This document shows positions 38,211 through 52,421 of a DNA stretch of 64,000 nt, one piece after another. The notes under the pieces are model-generated. The model was not told where the DNA came from and ran no database searches. It saw only the letters and a program-made list of their open reading frames with translations. This DNA comes from Octopus sinensis (taxonomy: Eukaryota): the NCBI RefSeq assembly GCF_006345805.1, contig NC_043004.1, positions 99,076,001-99,140,000 on the forward strand, read 5' to 3'. Positions within the stretch are counted from its first letter, which is position 1, and each line of letters starts with the position of its first letter. Both the position numbers and the translations under genes were made by a program.

Positions 38211-38611
38211 CTAGCAGTATCGCCCGGCGTTGCACGGGTTTGTAAGGGAAATAACTATATAAGCATTTTTAGAGAGTTATAACCAAAATATAGCAAAAAA
38301 TGCGTTAAAAATGGAAAAAAAATGATGGTAAATTTTTTAAAAAATCGTTGACTCATCGTAGGCATTTTTAGAGAGTTACTTCCCTTATATAATAGCGAAT
38401 AAAATGCATTAAAATTGAAAAAAATGATGGTAATTTTTTTTTTAAATTGTAGACTCATCGTAGACGCGCGCTAATACCCAGAAGGGCTCGATATGAATCA
38501 CGACTATAAGATACCCGGTTTTGGTTAAACTGCACCGCAAAATGTGGTAGTAGTTAGGAATCTAAATCGTAGGAGACAGACAGCACACAACCTCTCTTTT
38601 ATATATAAAGA
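38211..38611 (-). mobile_element. Non-autonomous Helitron
   Basis: The minus strand starts with TC after an A and ends with CTAG before a T. The hairpin CCCG-gcgttgca-CGGG (38223-38238) lies 8 nt from the CTAG. Two internal subrepeats of about 100 bp are present. Confidence 0.85.
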
Positions 38612-39121
38612 TTAAGTAATAAAAAAAGAAGAGGTCTAAAGCCATGCCTTTAAAACAAGACATACACATTAACGATGATTGGGGCTATGAGTTTAGTGTG
38701 TGTTCCACGGAATGAAGGAGAATGACTGATGGCCAGACACAGTGAGGCCAATCTAACCAATGCCAGACTGGAGCAACGGTATTAAAAATTATGTGCGTGT
38801 GCGCGTGTGTGTGTGTGCGTGTGCGCGCGCGCGCGTGTGTGTATGCACACACACACACATACACAAATACATGTGATGCAAGTCGGATAAAGTGCCGTTC
38901 TAATGTTTAAAACCGCAAATGTAACGTAAATTTCAAATTTTTTGCGTTGCTAGCAGAGCTGGAACATAAACAATTGTAACTGCTCATTAAATATGAGTTA
39001 AAGTATTTCTTCGTTCCTTTATTTAGATTACAAATATACACATAAATACACACACACATATTTATACGTATTTCATCAGAATCGTCTATATGTTTTTTAT
39101 GTAATTTTCTCCACCCTGGCA

Positions 39122-39183
39122 GCAACAATAACAACAGCAGTTACATAAGCAACAACAACAGCAACAGCAACAGCAACAACAAC

Positions 39184-39216
<33 letters not shown>

Positions 39217-39265
39217 GACAACAACAACAACAACAACAATAACAACAACAACAGCAACAACAACA
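39122..39265. repeat. (CAA/CAG)n microsatellite
   Basis: Directly visible. In-frame stops argue against a polyQ coding region. Confidence 0.9.
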
Positions 39266-39919
39266 GTCAACAGGAATTATTTTCCCCTGAGAACAACAAA
39301 TTGCAACTTCAGAAACGTTAGAATGATTGCCTTGTTCTCAGTCGAAGATTTTAGTAAAAGAAAGGTGAGCAGAAAGCCAATCAAGAAATCAAGGTGAAAA
39401 GAATCAAGAAATAAAGATCCTTTCCTGTACATCGTGTTGTGACAGTTTGGATGAAAAACGGACTTGAGACTAGAGACAATCATTCATAGATGGTCAGGAA
39501 AAGAAACAAAAAAGCATATGGAAGGCTCGTAAGGTGCAAAATGATAGACCTACCGCCAACAGAGTTATTCCGCCTTAAGAACGAACTAGCAGTGTCAAGA
39601 GAATAGTATCTTTGCTGGTTTGTTGCTGTAACTTAGTAGATTTGGTCAGCAGAACTTCAGTTGACAATTAGCATATACGAAAAGCTGTCAAACAAGCAAT
39701 GACTGAAATTGAAAATTTCTTATGTTACCGATGTATGAGTCAACTATTCCTTGGGAAAATAAGAAACTCAATTCTATGAAATTCTTATACTTGTCAAACT
39801 TTTTATACGCATTGTAAAACTGTTGACGTTTTCAAATCCACAGTGTGCTATCTTGGGCAAATGTCATCCATCTAAAATAGTGAGTGAGATTTGGTTGGCT
39901 AAATATAAAACGTTTAGAT

Positions 39920-40143
<224 letters not shown>

Positions 40144-40313
40144 ATGGTAGTTTTGACTTTAAGAGTCCCTCCAAGCGTGAGGCATTTATGTATATTAATG
40201 TCCTTAATATAAATAAATATATTTAAAGGGCTAATAAATTTTTCCCTTATGAGGTTTTTCCAGCTAAGTACCTGATAATTTCTTATAAAGATTTTATCCT
40301 ATTTTTAAATTGC

Positions 40314-40393
<80 letters not shown>

Positions 40394-41184
40394 ATAAATA
40401 TGCATACACACATATGCATATCAATGTATGCATATGTACGTTTGTTTGTTTCCTCATATCTTCACATTGGTACCGTTTGAGTAAGTTTGAGTAACTGCTT
40501 ACATCTTCCGTAAACAATAGGTCCGATATTTCGTTGGTTTCGCCAGTTTTGGGCCGCGAAGTCAAATGAAAGAAACAACCTTTGAAAACAAGTTTGCTGC
40601 CGTCAAGCAGTAGTATATTGCCTTAATATGTTTCGTCTAACCCATACTAGTTGTGAAACACGGGTGTGGAAAACGATGATGATATCTGCCATCAGTACTG
40701 TTCTTGTGTTTCACACAAGAAAATTAGACTGTCACAACTGTTACCGGGCACATATAGTTTCTGAGATTTACAAATTATATATACTGTCCTCATTTCTAAG
40801 TTACTCAAACATTTGTGAGAGAGGACATAGATTCTATATTGAAGAGGTCATATTACTATATAGTGGTTTTCTCAATAATTTATCGTATGCTCCGAAGATA
40901 TATTGTAATATGACATACTGACATGATTTCATTTGTTTTAGATCTAAGGTGATCACACCACCATCCTATCTTCCTTTCTCTTACTTTTCCGTGCATTATC
41001 GCCAACCACTTTCGGTTCTTCTTTCTTTCTTTTGCCCTCTTCCAATCTAGACTTGTTGCAAAATGTTACAAATGTCATAGACCAAAACAAAATAAGAAGC
41101 AAAAAAAAAACAAAAAAAAAACAGAAAGAAGACAAAAGAAATCGTCTCTGAGAAAGCAAGAATAAAACATCATCAGTTGCAGTA

Positions 41185-41339
41185 GCAGTGACAGCAACAA
41201 CAAAAACAACAACAACAACAATAACAGTAGCAACTCAACAATAACGATAATAATAATAATAATAATAAGAATAATAATAATAATAAGAATAATAATAATA
41301 ATAAAATAATAATAATAATAAGAATAATAATAATAATAA

Positions 41340-41374
<35 letters not shown>

Positions 41375-41398
41375 GTAATAATAATAATAATAGTAATC

Positions 41399-41429
<31 letters not shown>

Positions 41430-41487
41430 TAATAATAATAATAATAATAATAATGATAATAAAAATGATAATAATAATAATAATAAA
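41185..41487. repeat. (CAA)n/(AAT)n microsatellite
   Basis: Directly visible. Confidence 0.95.
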
Positions 41488-41819
41488 GTTATATTTTAGC
41501 CGAAAGAAAAATTTCCATTAGATATATGGAGGTAATCATATCAAAATAACAATACAAAAATGAAATAAGCTATACAGTGAAGAGTGAAAGAATGCAGAAA
41601 AAATATATATACACAAAGCAACAAAAATATACAACCAAAACTGCATTTCTCTCATGATAATCAGCTTATAGAACAGAAAACAGAAAAAAAAACAGAAAAG
41701 AAAATGAGTGAAACAAAACGTAAAAAGAAAACAAAATAGAAAAAAAACAAACTATGAATACACATACTAGTAAAAGCACAATATATATATATATATATAC
41801 ATAATATATTTATGTATGT

Positions 41820-41851
<32 letters not shown>

Positions 41852-41870
41852 CATACATATATATATATGT

Positions 41871-41988
<118 letters not shown>

Positions 41989-42542
41989 ATTCAATAAAAA
42001 TTATAACAACAACACCAACTACAAAAACCAATGAGGTTTAGCTCGCATACATGTAAGCATGTACGCAGGCGAGCCAGTGGTTCTTGCGAAGAAATGTTTA
42101 AAGTTATGATTAGCAGTGCCGAAGTATATTGGTGAATTTCCCATTCACTTTCTTGTAGTTCTGTGGATAAAGGAAAGGAAATAACTTGAGGGCTTTACAG
42201 TTCTCTGATAGACGATAATATGAATGTTTGTGTGTTTGAGAGTATGTGTGAGTGAGTGTGTGTGTGGTGTGTGTGTGTGTGCGTGCGTGTGCATGTATGT
42301 ATATTAAATATATGTATGCACACACACATATATACGCACACGTATACATATGGTTGAATGTATGTATATATATATATGTATATTTATGTATATATATATA
42401 TATATATATACATATATATACACCTATACACACGCACACATTAATATAAATACATTACATGTCTATATATAACGTATACACGTACATATGTGTGTATGAA
42501 CATATATCCATGTATACAAATATATGAGCATGTGTGGGTGTG

Positions 42543-42578
<36 letters not shown>

Positions 42579-42582
<4 letters not shown>

Positions 42583-42776
42583 AGAGTTTACGAAAAAACA
42601 AAAGACGAAGACAGGTGGTGTACAAAACAAACAGATGTATTAGTATAACGCTCAGGAATAGAAAAAAGTCTTTTACGTTTCGAGCCTACGCTCTTCTACA
42701 GAAAGGGACACAGAAAAATCAAGGAGAGAAACAAGGATAGAAAAATGTGTGTAGTGGCTAACGATCTATCATGGCG
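42579..42776 (-). mobile_element. Probable Penelope-like terminal-repeat fragment with hammerhead, flanked by (TA)n on both sides
   Basis: Contains the hammerhead motif at 42670-42705. The PLE assignment is inferred. Confidence 0.55.
42670..42705 (-). ncRNA. Minimal type-I hammerhead ribozyme motif with variant core (CUGUAGA)
   Basis: The minus strand reads CTTT-CTGTAGA-A-GAGC-gtag-GCTC-GAAAC-GTA-AAAG. Stem I (4 bp) and stem II (4 bp) are perfect, the cleavage triplet is GUA, and A6 is replaced by U. Confidence 0.65.
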
Positions 42777-43141
42777 ATATATATATATAGAGAGAGAGAT
42801 ATACGCAGATCTTTACATACACACACATACACAAAAGCATACATACACTCATACGTATATATATGCTTGCTTACAAAATATACAGTCTCATGCACACAAC
42901 ATACATTGGCATACATAAACGAATATCTGTATTTTTGGAAGAATTTTACAATTTTCAATAAAATATAGCTTTTATTTGTCAATGTGTATGTAAGTGTGCC
43001 TGTGTGCATGTATTTTTGAGTGAGTGTGGATGAGTTTGTAAATATATCTCCACTTAAATAAAATTGATATTTTATTAGGTATATAATTATACATACATAT
43101 ATACATTTATATATATATATACATTTATATATATATATATA

Positions 43142-43448
43142 TGACCATGGGATTGCACCTAGAAAGTTACCCTCCTAGACACAAGTCCGGGCAAGGTTGT
43201 TTATGGAAGACCAGCAGTCGCCCATGCATACCAGCCTCCCCTCTCCACGCCACCAGTGTTATCCAAGGGAAAGACAAATACAGCTTGGCACCAGTGACGT
43301 CGCAACTCATTTCTACAGCTGAGTGAACTGGAGCAACGTGAAATAAAGTGTCTTGCTCAAGAACACAACACGCAGCCCGGTCCGGGATTCGAGCTCACAA
43401 CCTCACGATCGTAAGCTCGACGCTCTAACCACTGAGCCATGCGCCTTC
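43142..43448 (-). mobile_element. SINE family E
   Basis: Homologous to 19378-19717, with clear A and B boxes. Confidence 0.92.
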
Positions 43449-43499
43449 ATATATATACATACATACATACACATACACACATACATACACACACACACG

Positions 43500-43533
<34 letters not shown>

Positions 43534-44135
43534 GATAGATAGAGTGATAGATTAGATAGATATACACGAATATATATATATATACATAGACGCCCCCATA
43601 GTCGAAAAAGTGTGTACGTATATGCAGCTATACGTACACCCTTTTACGATTTAAAAGTATATTTCTGCTTTTACATATATACACATATACATGCATATAC
43701 ACATATATATACATACACATGCATACACACACACACACACACACATACATATATTCAGAGAGAGAGAGAGAGATTGATAGACAGATAGATAGATGTGTTT
43801 AAATTTATTTTATATTGCACAACACGAGGAATGGCCTAGAGCAGATATGAACTAAAGTATATACGAATAGAAATATGCCAAAATGCACTGAAGCTTGAAG
43901 ATTACATAAATGTGATAAGTGGGCTATGAAATGGAATATATTGTTGGAACCAAGCATACAGTCACAGAAACACATGCACATTTACGCACACACAGCATTT
44001 ACCTATCTATCTATCTATATATATATAAATATGTTTGCGTGTGTTGTTATGTGTCCCTGTGTTTTGTCTATATATATATACATACATACATACATACATA
44101 CATACATACATACATACATACATACATACATACAT

Positions 44136-44181
<46 letters not shown>

Positions 44182-44559
44182 TGATAATTACACACATATA
44201 CACATATAAAGACACGCAACTACACACACGAGTATGGAGAGACAGTGAGACACAGATTCTAATCCATATGGAATTTTCGCACCATCTTCCTTATCAGACG
44301 CATCGTTTTTTTTTTATTACACTCGTACACAGAGACGTTTTGACAGACTTCATTACGTAACTAGTGTACACACGGTATACAAAATAAATATGACAAATAT
44401 TCCAATTATACTGTTTAACTAAAATTTATTAGTAGATATAGAATGTTCTATAAGCGTTTCGCCTTTCAAGTCATTGCAGCTTGTGTGTCATGCCAAGACT
44501 TGTCCGGAGAAAATTGTTTATCTTGAGAAACTCGACTTACCTTTTATTTTTCTCTTTTA

Positions 44560-44780
44560 TATTTTACTTGTTTCAGTCATTAGACTGCAGCCATTCAGAG
44601 GCACCGCCCGTGAAGGATTTTAGTCTAAAAGATTGACACCAGCACTTGTGTTTTTTTATTTTAAGCCTGGTACTTGGTGTGATGGATTCTTTTGCCGATG
44701 AACTAAGTTGCGAGGAAGTAACCAAATAAACTCCAGTTGTCAAGCAGTGGGCGAGAGGCAAATACAAACACAAAGATACA
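44560..44780 (-). mobile_element. Diverged 3' half of a SINE A-related element
   Basis: ttacttgtttcagtcattagactgcagcc...gttgtcaagcagtggg. Confidence 0.7.
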
Positions 44781-44814
44781 CACACGCGCGCTCACACGTA
44801 TACATATAAGAACA

Positions 44815-45080
44815 TCCACCTATCTGAAAAAGAAAGTGAGAGTAGAGAGGCAAGTTTTGTCTATCGAATGTTTTAAAAAAAGATGGGTGAATGTAGCCAG
44901 AATGGCACGTATGAATGACGAAGCCACCTTAAGCATAAACCTATTAACCCGGAAAAATTAAAAACAGAGAGTTACTTACTTGCAAATAAATGTGTTAACA
45001 TGTGACATTATTGACCGTGGTTACCGTGGTCTTTTCCGTAAGCTTTTCTTTACACGGATAAACCTTATCTGCTTCCCCCT
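44815..45080 (+). mobile_element. Tx1/L1-type LINE C-terminus plus 3' UTR fragment
   Basis: YLKKKVRVERQVLS...FKKRWVNVARMARMN resembles the C-termini seen at 26960-27900. Confidence 0.7.
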
Positions 45081-45542
45081 TTACATTTTACATAATGACA
45101 TTTCTGTGATACACGGTCCCTATTGATGTTTTTTTTCTTTCTTTTTACGATCCCTTTTGATCAAAACCTACCCCTTTTTTATTTTTTATTTTTATTTTTA
45201 TTTTATTTTTTTTCTCCCCAAAAAGAAGACCTTGAGCACAGTTATCATTATTAATGTCATCTTTCCCCTTCCTCTCCATCTCTATCCCACTTATCATCAG
45301 CACAACCACTTGCTCCATAGTCATCGCCATTACAAACTCCACAACCTTTATCTTCTTTATCCAGCACCGTTACTTCCACCTCAGAGCCATCATCATCATC
45401 ACCATCTTCATCATGATCATTATCTTCATCTTAAACTTCATCCTCATCACTGCTGCTCTTCACTTATCGCCGTCATCGGTGTCACTACTACCGTCTGCAC
45501 ATTAATCGCTACTAACGTCTTCGTTATTATTATCTTTATCAT

Positions 45543-45709
45543 GAAGGCGTGGCTGTGTGGTAAGAAGCTTACTTCCCAACCACATAGTTTCGGGTTCCAG
45601 CCCACTACGTGGAATTTTGGGCAAGTGTCTCCTATTATAGCGTCGGGCTGACCAAATCCTTGTGAGTGGATTTGGTGGTCAGAAACTGAAAGAAGCTTGT
45701 CATATATAC

Positions 45710-45792
<83 letters not shown>

Positions 45793-46290
45793 TTTATAGA
45801 AGGAGCTTCTACAGGACTAGAACTCTTTCATTCAAAAGAAATCATCAGGAGCTAGTAGACAAGAGTTGTTTTGGCATTTATACATTTAGGCAGGTTTAAA
45901 TGGGTGGTGGTGGGGGACTTTTTGGGGGTAGGCATGGCGCAAGACTGTCATTATTAGGGGAGTGGTCAAAGGAATCTCGGCATCCGAAACTCGGAGTTTT
46001 ATCCTGGCTACCGAATAATTGTCACATATTACAATTACAGATATATATATATTATATATATATATATATAATATATATATATATATATACAGGTACATGT
46101 GTGTGTGTGTGTTTGTCTCCCCACCAACGCTTGACAACCGGTGTTGGTGTCTTTGCGACCTCGCCATCTAGCAGTTCGGCAAAAATAATCAATGGAATAA
46201 GTACCAGGCTTAAAAAAGAAGTATTAGGGTCGATTAATTTGGCTAAAACCTCAAGACGGTGCCCTAGCACGGCCCGCAATCTAATGACTG
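45543..46290 (+). mobile_element. Diverged SINE family A split at its internal (TA)n by an unrelated insert (about 45799-46040)
   Basis: The head is at 45543-45710 and the 3' half at about 46095-46290. Confidence 0.75.
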
Positions 46291-46529
46291 AAAGAAGTAA
46301 AAGATGAAAAAAATAATAGATGATCTTATCATTGTCATTGCCACCAATGCACACACTCTTTATGTCATCATTATTGCACCTACGACAAGGATTATGTCAG
46401 TCTGGCTTCTTGTTGACATGTTTTCTCTTAGTCTTTGTAAGCGTATCTCTCCCTATATATAAGAAACCATTCCGTATTATGAAATTATCTCCAGACATGT
46501 ATGCAGAGCTTTTAACTCTCACTTTCTGT

Positions 46530-46621
46530 GAGTATATATACATTTGTGTGTGTATATGTATATATGTGTGTGTGTGTTTACATATATATATATACATATG
46601 TATGTATATATATGTGTGTGT

Positions 46622-46663
<42 letters not shown>

Positions 46664-46960
46664 ATATATGTATATATATATATGTCTATGTATGTATATA
46701 TGTATATATATAAATATATATGTACATATATATATGTATGTGTGTGTATATATATATATATGTCTATATATATATAAATATATATGTATGTGTGTGTATA
46801 TATATATATATGTCTATATATATATAAATATATATGTATGTGTACATATATATACATATATACATATATTATATATATGTATACGTTTGTGCGTATGTAC
46901 ACACACATACACACACATACACACACATACACACACATACACAGATGCATACATACATAA
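46530..46960. repeat. (TA)/(TG)/(CA) low-complexity tract
   Basis: Directly visible. It produces the 239-aa artefact ORF. Confidence 0.95.
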
Positions 46961-48933
46961 TCACACGCGCGTCCACATGCACATACATATATTTGAAACT
47001 GAACGTTACATGATTACATTACGATTCAGAATTTCATAATTACTCTTTCATCCACTAATGCAGAAAATATTTGTGCATAATTTCTTGTATAAATGAACGC
47101 TTTCGAATTCGATTGGGAGATTGCTCGATTACAGTCGCTAAATATATGGTCGATTTCGCAAGATATTTGCACCAAACCGTAAAAGAATTGGGTGTATGAC
47201 AATTTACAAATTTTTGGTTGGAAAAATTCATTTCATCTGTAATTTATTAATTGTTAATTGAGGAAGTGGTTTTAGATAAATTACGTGTTGTGCAATATCT
47301 AAGTTGAAATGAATTTTGTTGAAATGTTTTGTTTTTTTTAATACTTATTGTTTATAGGAAATTGGAAGATATCTAGATATAGAAAAATTTTATCGATGGA
47401 GGTACTTTACCTTACTATCCGTCTTATAGCATTTTTTGTCTTTCATGAACTGAAAATATCATTTTTTCTTCTTTAAACCACTTCATACTAGAATAATTAA
47501 CATGCCAGCTCACTACATTGTTAAAGGATGCTTAAGTATATGAAAAAAAAGTGTTGCTAACTTTCCATAAAACGGCAGCCTATGTATGATATGCACCATT
47601 TGGTCTTAAAATGGAATAGGAAATTATTACAATATAGTTTGTTACAGAAAGTAATTTTTTCCTGCAATTGTCTGCCTATTCTCTGCTGAGGTGTTTTGAA
47701 ATTAGTAAGCCATCGTCATAACATAATCCACTATCTATGATATTAAATTTAGCACTGATGAAATGAATGATATATTAAGCGTTTAAATTAGAGGCTCTTG
47801 CTTCCATAGCATCATTGAAAACGTTATTTTTCTTTTTTCTTTTTTAAACCTAAATGTTGCTACTGAAGAGAATAGATTCCCTATCATGCAATATCATATT
47901 TGTGTCAATTTCTGCGATGGGAGAAAGGGATTTGAGCAAATTTTATTGATTCAAACAGTTTAATTATTGATGGTTTATTAGCCAGTTTTGATAAACTGAG
48001 TGAAAATGTGGGCGTACTCCTTATGCATGCTTTAAAACTATTTCATGGCGGAGATGCTATTATTCCAACAACGCATAAAAACTTCGATTATTTTGAATTT
48101 TGGTGGTAAAGACGTTTATCAATAATATCCCAATAATATCAGATTTAATCCAGATAAAGTGAAATTTGTGAATAGACTTTAAAAAGGTACTATTGTGATA
48201 ATTTAAAGTAACGTAGCGTATTTTTAAAGCCTAAATTTCTACTCTCTTTGACATGCATTGTTTGGAAGTAATACAATTTAGCTTCGAATTTAATGAGGAA
48301 TGAGTTGCTATTAGATTTCAAAAGCGTTAGTAATAATGTTAGTTAAAAATCTGTTTTAAGAATTGTAGTTAATTTCATGTATGTATATGGTTTTGGTTTT
48401 TGCAGAATTGATTAAGATGGTATAATTAAATGTCAGGTGTTTCTCACATTCGTTGTCAGGTTATGTTGGAAGGTGATTCTATTTATTTATTTCTTAATTT
48501 GATGATTTTGGCTATTCCAAATATATCTCTTTAAAAAAAGAATCAAGAATTTTCTTCTGAAGTAGAAGCTTCTGGGTTTAAATTCAAATATCAGAATTTT
48601 TAAGACCTTATCATCTTTATGAAGAATACGACAAACAGCGTCCGGGAGATCCTTTTATAAAAATCATACATCGCAATTAAATTCTTTTTTTGAGATGTTT
48701 TGTGGAGCTATTTTAATGCTTTAATTTTAAAATCTAATGAGTAATTGTTCATCTGTAGATAGTATATTTAGTTTACAGAGAAGGTCTGACAAAATAAGGA
48801 AATATAAGAGGAATATCTACTTAAAAATGACTCCATACATAATAATAAAGAATTTGTATTTACTCGAAGAAAATTGTATAATTACGACTTAGAATACCAC
48901 CAGTAGTGGTTCATTAAATGATAAAGACAAATA

Positions 48934-49343
48934 GGCGAAGGAGTGGCTGTGTGGTAAGTAGCTTGTTTACCGACCACATGGTTCCGGGTTCAGTCCCACT
49001 GCGTGGCACCTTGGGTAAGTGTCTTCTACTATAGCCTCGGGTCGACCAAAGCCTTGTGAGTGGATTTGATAGACGGAAACTGAAAGAAGCCCGTCATATA
49101 TATGTATATATATATATATGTGTGTGTATGTTTGTGTGTCTGTGTTTGTGCCCCTAGCATTGCTTGACAACCGATGCTGGTGTGTTTATGTCCCCGTTAC
49201 TTAGAGGTTCGGCAAAAAAGACCGATAGAATAAGTACTGGGTTTCCAAGGAATAAGTCCCGGGGTCGATTTGCTCGACTAAAGGCGGTGCTCCAGCATGG
49301 TCGCAGTCAAATGACTGAAACAAGTAAAAGAGTAAAAGAGTAA
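48934..49343 (+). mobile_element. Full-length SINE family A
   Basis: Family A head, body and (GTAAAAGA)n tail. Confidence 0.92.
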
Positions 49344-49625
49344 ATGCTATATCATTCGTATACTGGAAATCTTGGCAAAGTGTACAGCTTCGAAAATGCA
49401 GTTGAAATTTCTATGAATATTATCTAGAATTTATAAGTACAGTTCTTATCTGCTGTAAATATACAGGGATATAAAATAATGAATGTATGTGGATTGGAAA
49501 GATTGTGGCATTGCTATGTAATCGGTGTAACAGCGTGTGATGGCGAGTGAAAAATAATTGCTGTAAATACACATATGCACAGGAACACATACACACACCA
49601 GACACATACATACATACATACACAG

Positions 49626-49656
<31 letters not shown>

Positions 49657-49669
49657 GATGACAGTAACT

Positions 49670-50960
49670 AATTCAACAGAGAAGTACAGAACGACAAAGG
49701 CGTCACGGTTACAGCTATCGCTGCAAAACGTTATAATTCAACTGCTACTGAACAGGATGCGAGCTAAAATTGGGAAAGTTTTGAGAAATCAAAATGGCTT
49801 CAGAAAAAATAGATCAGCTGTCGAGACAAATACTTACAATTCATCTTCTAGAAGAAGCAGTAAAACCAGAAATCTTGAATCAGTATTAGTTTGTTGATTT
49901 CTCAAAGGCTTTGGACTCTACCCACCGTAGTAAAATGGAGAAAGCACTACAGGCTCATGGTATCCCTGAGATACCATAAGCAGCAATTAGGATACTCTAT
50001 CACAACACCTAATCAATGGTAAGGTCCCAGATGGAGATATAAGTTTTTTTTTATATCAGAGCCGAAGGATATCAGGGAGATACATTGGCACCTTTTCTCA
50101 TTGTGGTCACTCTGGATTATGTCCTCAGAGCATCTTTTGATAATCTAAAATAGTCTAGGTTTCACGCCCATGAAAAAAATAACGATAGGACATCCAGCTC
50201 AAAAAATAACCGATGTAGATTTTGCTGAAGATTTAGCTTTGAAATTTGATACAATATCAAATTCCATCCAATTACTTCAAAGACTGTAAAGGATGCTGGA
50301 CTACTTGTTAAACTCAGTAAAGCGAAATTCTTTGCTCACAATCAACAATGATCTATCACCAACAATATCGGAAATTCCCAAAATCAAGTTAATAATTTCA
50401 TATACCTCGGTTCTTAGATAGCATCAACTGAGAAGGATTTACAATCTCGGACAGCCAAAGCAGGGTAGGTTCTAAACAAGCCGGATGTTGTCTGGAAATC
50501 AACCCCATTTGACAACATTAAGAGAATTTTTTCCGTGCCACAGTAGAGAGAGTTAGTCCTTTTACATGGAGCAACATCTTGGATGATTACAAAAAAAAGA
50601 AAAACGAAATAAAAACTGGAATCTGAGCTAGATGGAACATATACCCGAATGTTAAGCGTAGCCTTAAACCTAACTTGGAGAACTCATCCAACCAACAGTT
50701 GTAGGGAGATGTGTGTTGCCATCATTAAAAAGGAAAAGCTCTTGCACTTTGTAGGAGATTGCTGGAGAGCTAAGCAAGAGCTGACAAGTTACCTATTACT
50801 ATGGATGCCAAAGCATGGCTGTATTCGAGCAAGTCGTCCGAACACAATGTACGTAGATCAACTCACCAGCGATACTGGATGCCTCCTCGAAGACCTCCCT
50901 CAACTGATGCAAGACCGAGATGGTGGCATGGGCGGGTTAAAAATGCTCGAGCAAGCTCGA
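49670..50960 (+). pseudogene. Degenerate RTE-clade LINE reverse transcriptase
   Basis: RNQNGFRKNRS, VDFSKALDS, QGDTLAPFL, DVDFAEDLA (FADD decayed) and a C-terminal LLLWMPKHG...EDLPQLMQDRDG. Many frameshifts. Confidence 0.9.
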
Positions 50961-51099
50961 TCAATGATTCAACATAACGAACATTAGTACACGAAGCTCC
51001 AATATAAAAGACAACATTACAAGAAGGCTATGAGCACAGTAATCCCCAAACAGCAGTAATCTCCAAGTTTTTTCTCAACTACAAGCTTCTTTCACATTC

Positions 51100-51350
51100 C
51101 CTCTTTCTCTGCATGAGCAGGGGCAGCCTCTGTTCTTGCGAACTTAATAATGAGATATTTTAAATTTACCATATATGAAGTGTCACTGCAAAAATATGGA
51201 TATCCATTTCACCATTATATAAGAGAGAACTGGAAAAGATATCTAAATGACTGTTTTATCATTTGGAAACGGACCATTGATAAACTTTTGGAAATTGAAT
51301 CAATACTAAAAATATAAACCCCGACATTCAATTTACACAGAAATGCATCT
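51100..51350 (+). pseudogene. Penelope-like RT fragment
   Basis: WKRYLNDCFIIW matches the YxDD region of PLE RT with D changed to N, followed by an NPDIQFT-like segment. Confidence 0.7.
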
Positions 51351-51471
51351 AATACCATATAGGGCTCGACAGTTTTATATTTCATATATCTTATCAGTCT
51401 AGATTAAAATATAACTACAGTTGAATTTGTACGGTGATACTTAGATACACTTACAGGGGGCAAAAGCATTG

Positions 51472-51686
51472 ACCGGGTATATATATATATATTATATATA
51501 TATATATGTATACAGACAAAAACACATACATACACACATATATATGCATGTGTGTGTGTATATGAATGTGTATATCACACAATTATACCGGGTATATATA
51601 TATATATGTATACAGACACAAACACATACATACACACACATACATGCATGTGTGTGTGTATATGAATGTGTATATCACACTTTTAT
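51472..51686. repeat. Tandem duplication of a microsatellite-rich unit of about 100-115 bp
   Basis: accgggtatatat...gtatacagaca...gcatgtgtgtgtgtatatgaatgtgtatatcacac occurs twice (51472 and 51587). Confidence 0.85.
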
Positions 51687-52421
51687 ACATATACACAGAG
51701 ACCCACACACAACCACATACGCACACGTGAATATGTACATGCATATATGATTTATATGTGTGTATGTCTGTATATATATATACATACGCCTTTCACAACA
51801 CTCAACATTTTATCATGATATCCAATGTATTAATCGTCTTTAAAAGAAAATAATCTTTCGTACAAAATCTTGTTCCTCGTTAGAAAGACGTCTGTCACAA
51901 GTGATATTCTTACCACGTATTTAATTTTTTTTTTTTTTGTTTAGCAAATTCTCCCAAACTTTTTTTTTTCAAAAGCTAGTTTTTTGCTGATATCTCTCTT
52001 GTTGTCTTAAGCACACTGGCACATCTGTTCATTTTAATCTAATGCTGAAAATAATTATTCTTACTCAAAAAACTTCATGTACTTCGTAATGCTATTTTTT
52101 TTATCTTTGGAGCTCTTAATTCTAACTTCTTTATGTCATACGATATGTTCATCTTTATGTAATTAAAACATAAGCTGACTTCATGTCATTAATGTTTGGC
52201 GTATTTCCATCTCTCTCCTCATTCTTTTAATCTCATATTAGCAGTGTCTTTCATATGTAACAATTCATTACTCCGTTGTATAGTGTTTATATATCTTTAA
52301 TCCTTCGGAATTATTCAAGAAGTTTATTTGATCTTTATTCAATATTGAATTAAGGTGTTCGATTCTCAATCTAAGTACCTCCTTTGAAAGTTGTAGTAAA
52401 ATTGCGTCAGCAATACATGTA

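Noticed and set aside
38793-38850. Alternating purine-pyrimidine tract including a (CG)n run, with Z-DNA potential
   Set aside because: It is an ordinary microsatellite in a window full of them, with no sign of function.
39342-39364. 23-nt micro-exon candidate (ttgttctcag...AAG/gtgagc)
   Set aside because: Splice-like motifs at this spacing are expected by chance, and no partner exons were identified.
46320-47039. Longest ORF in the track (239 aa)
   Set aside because: Most of it is TA/TG/CA dinucleotide repeat giving YI/CV/HT runs.
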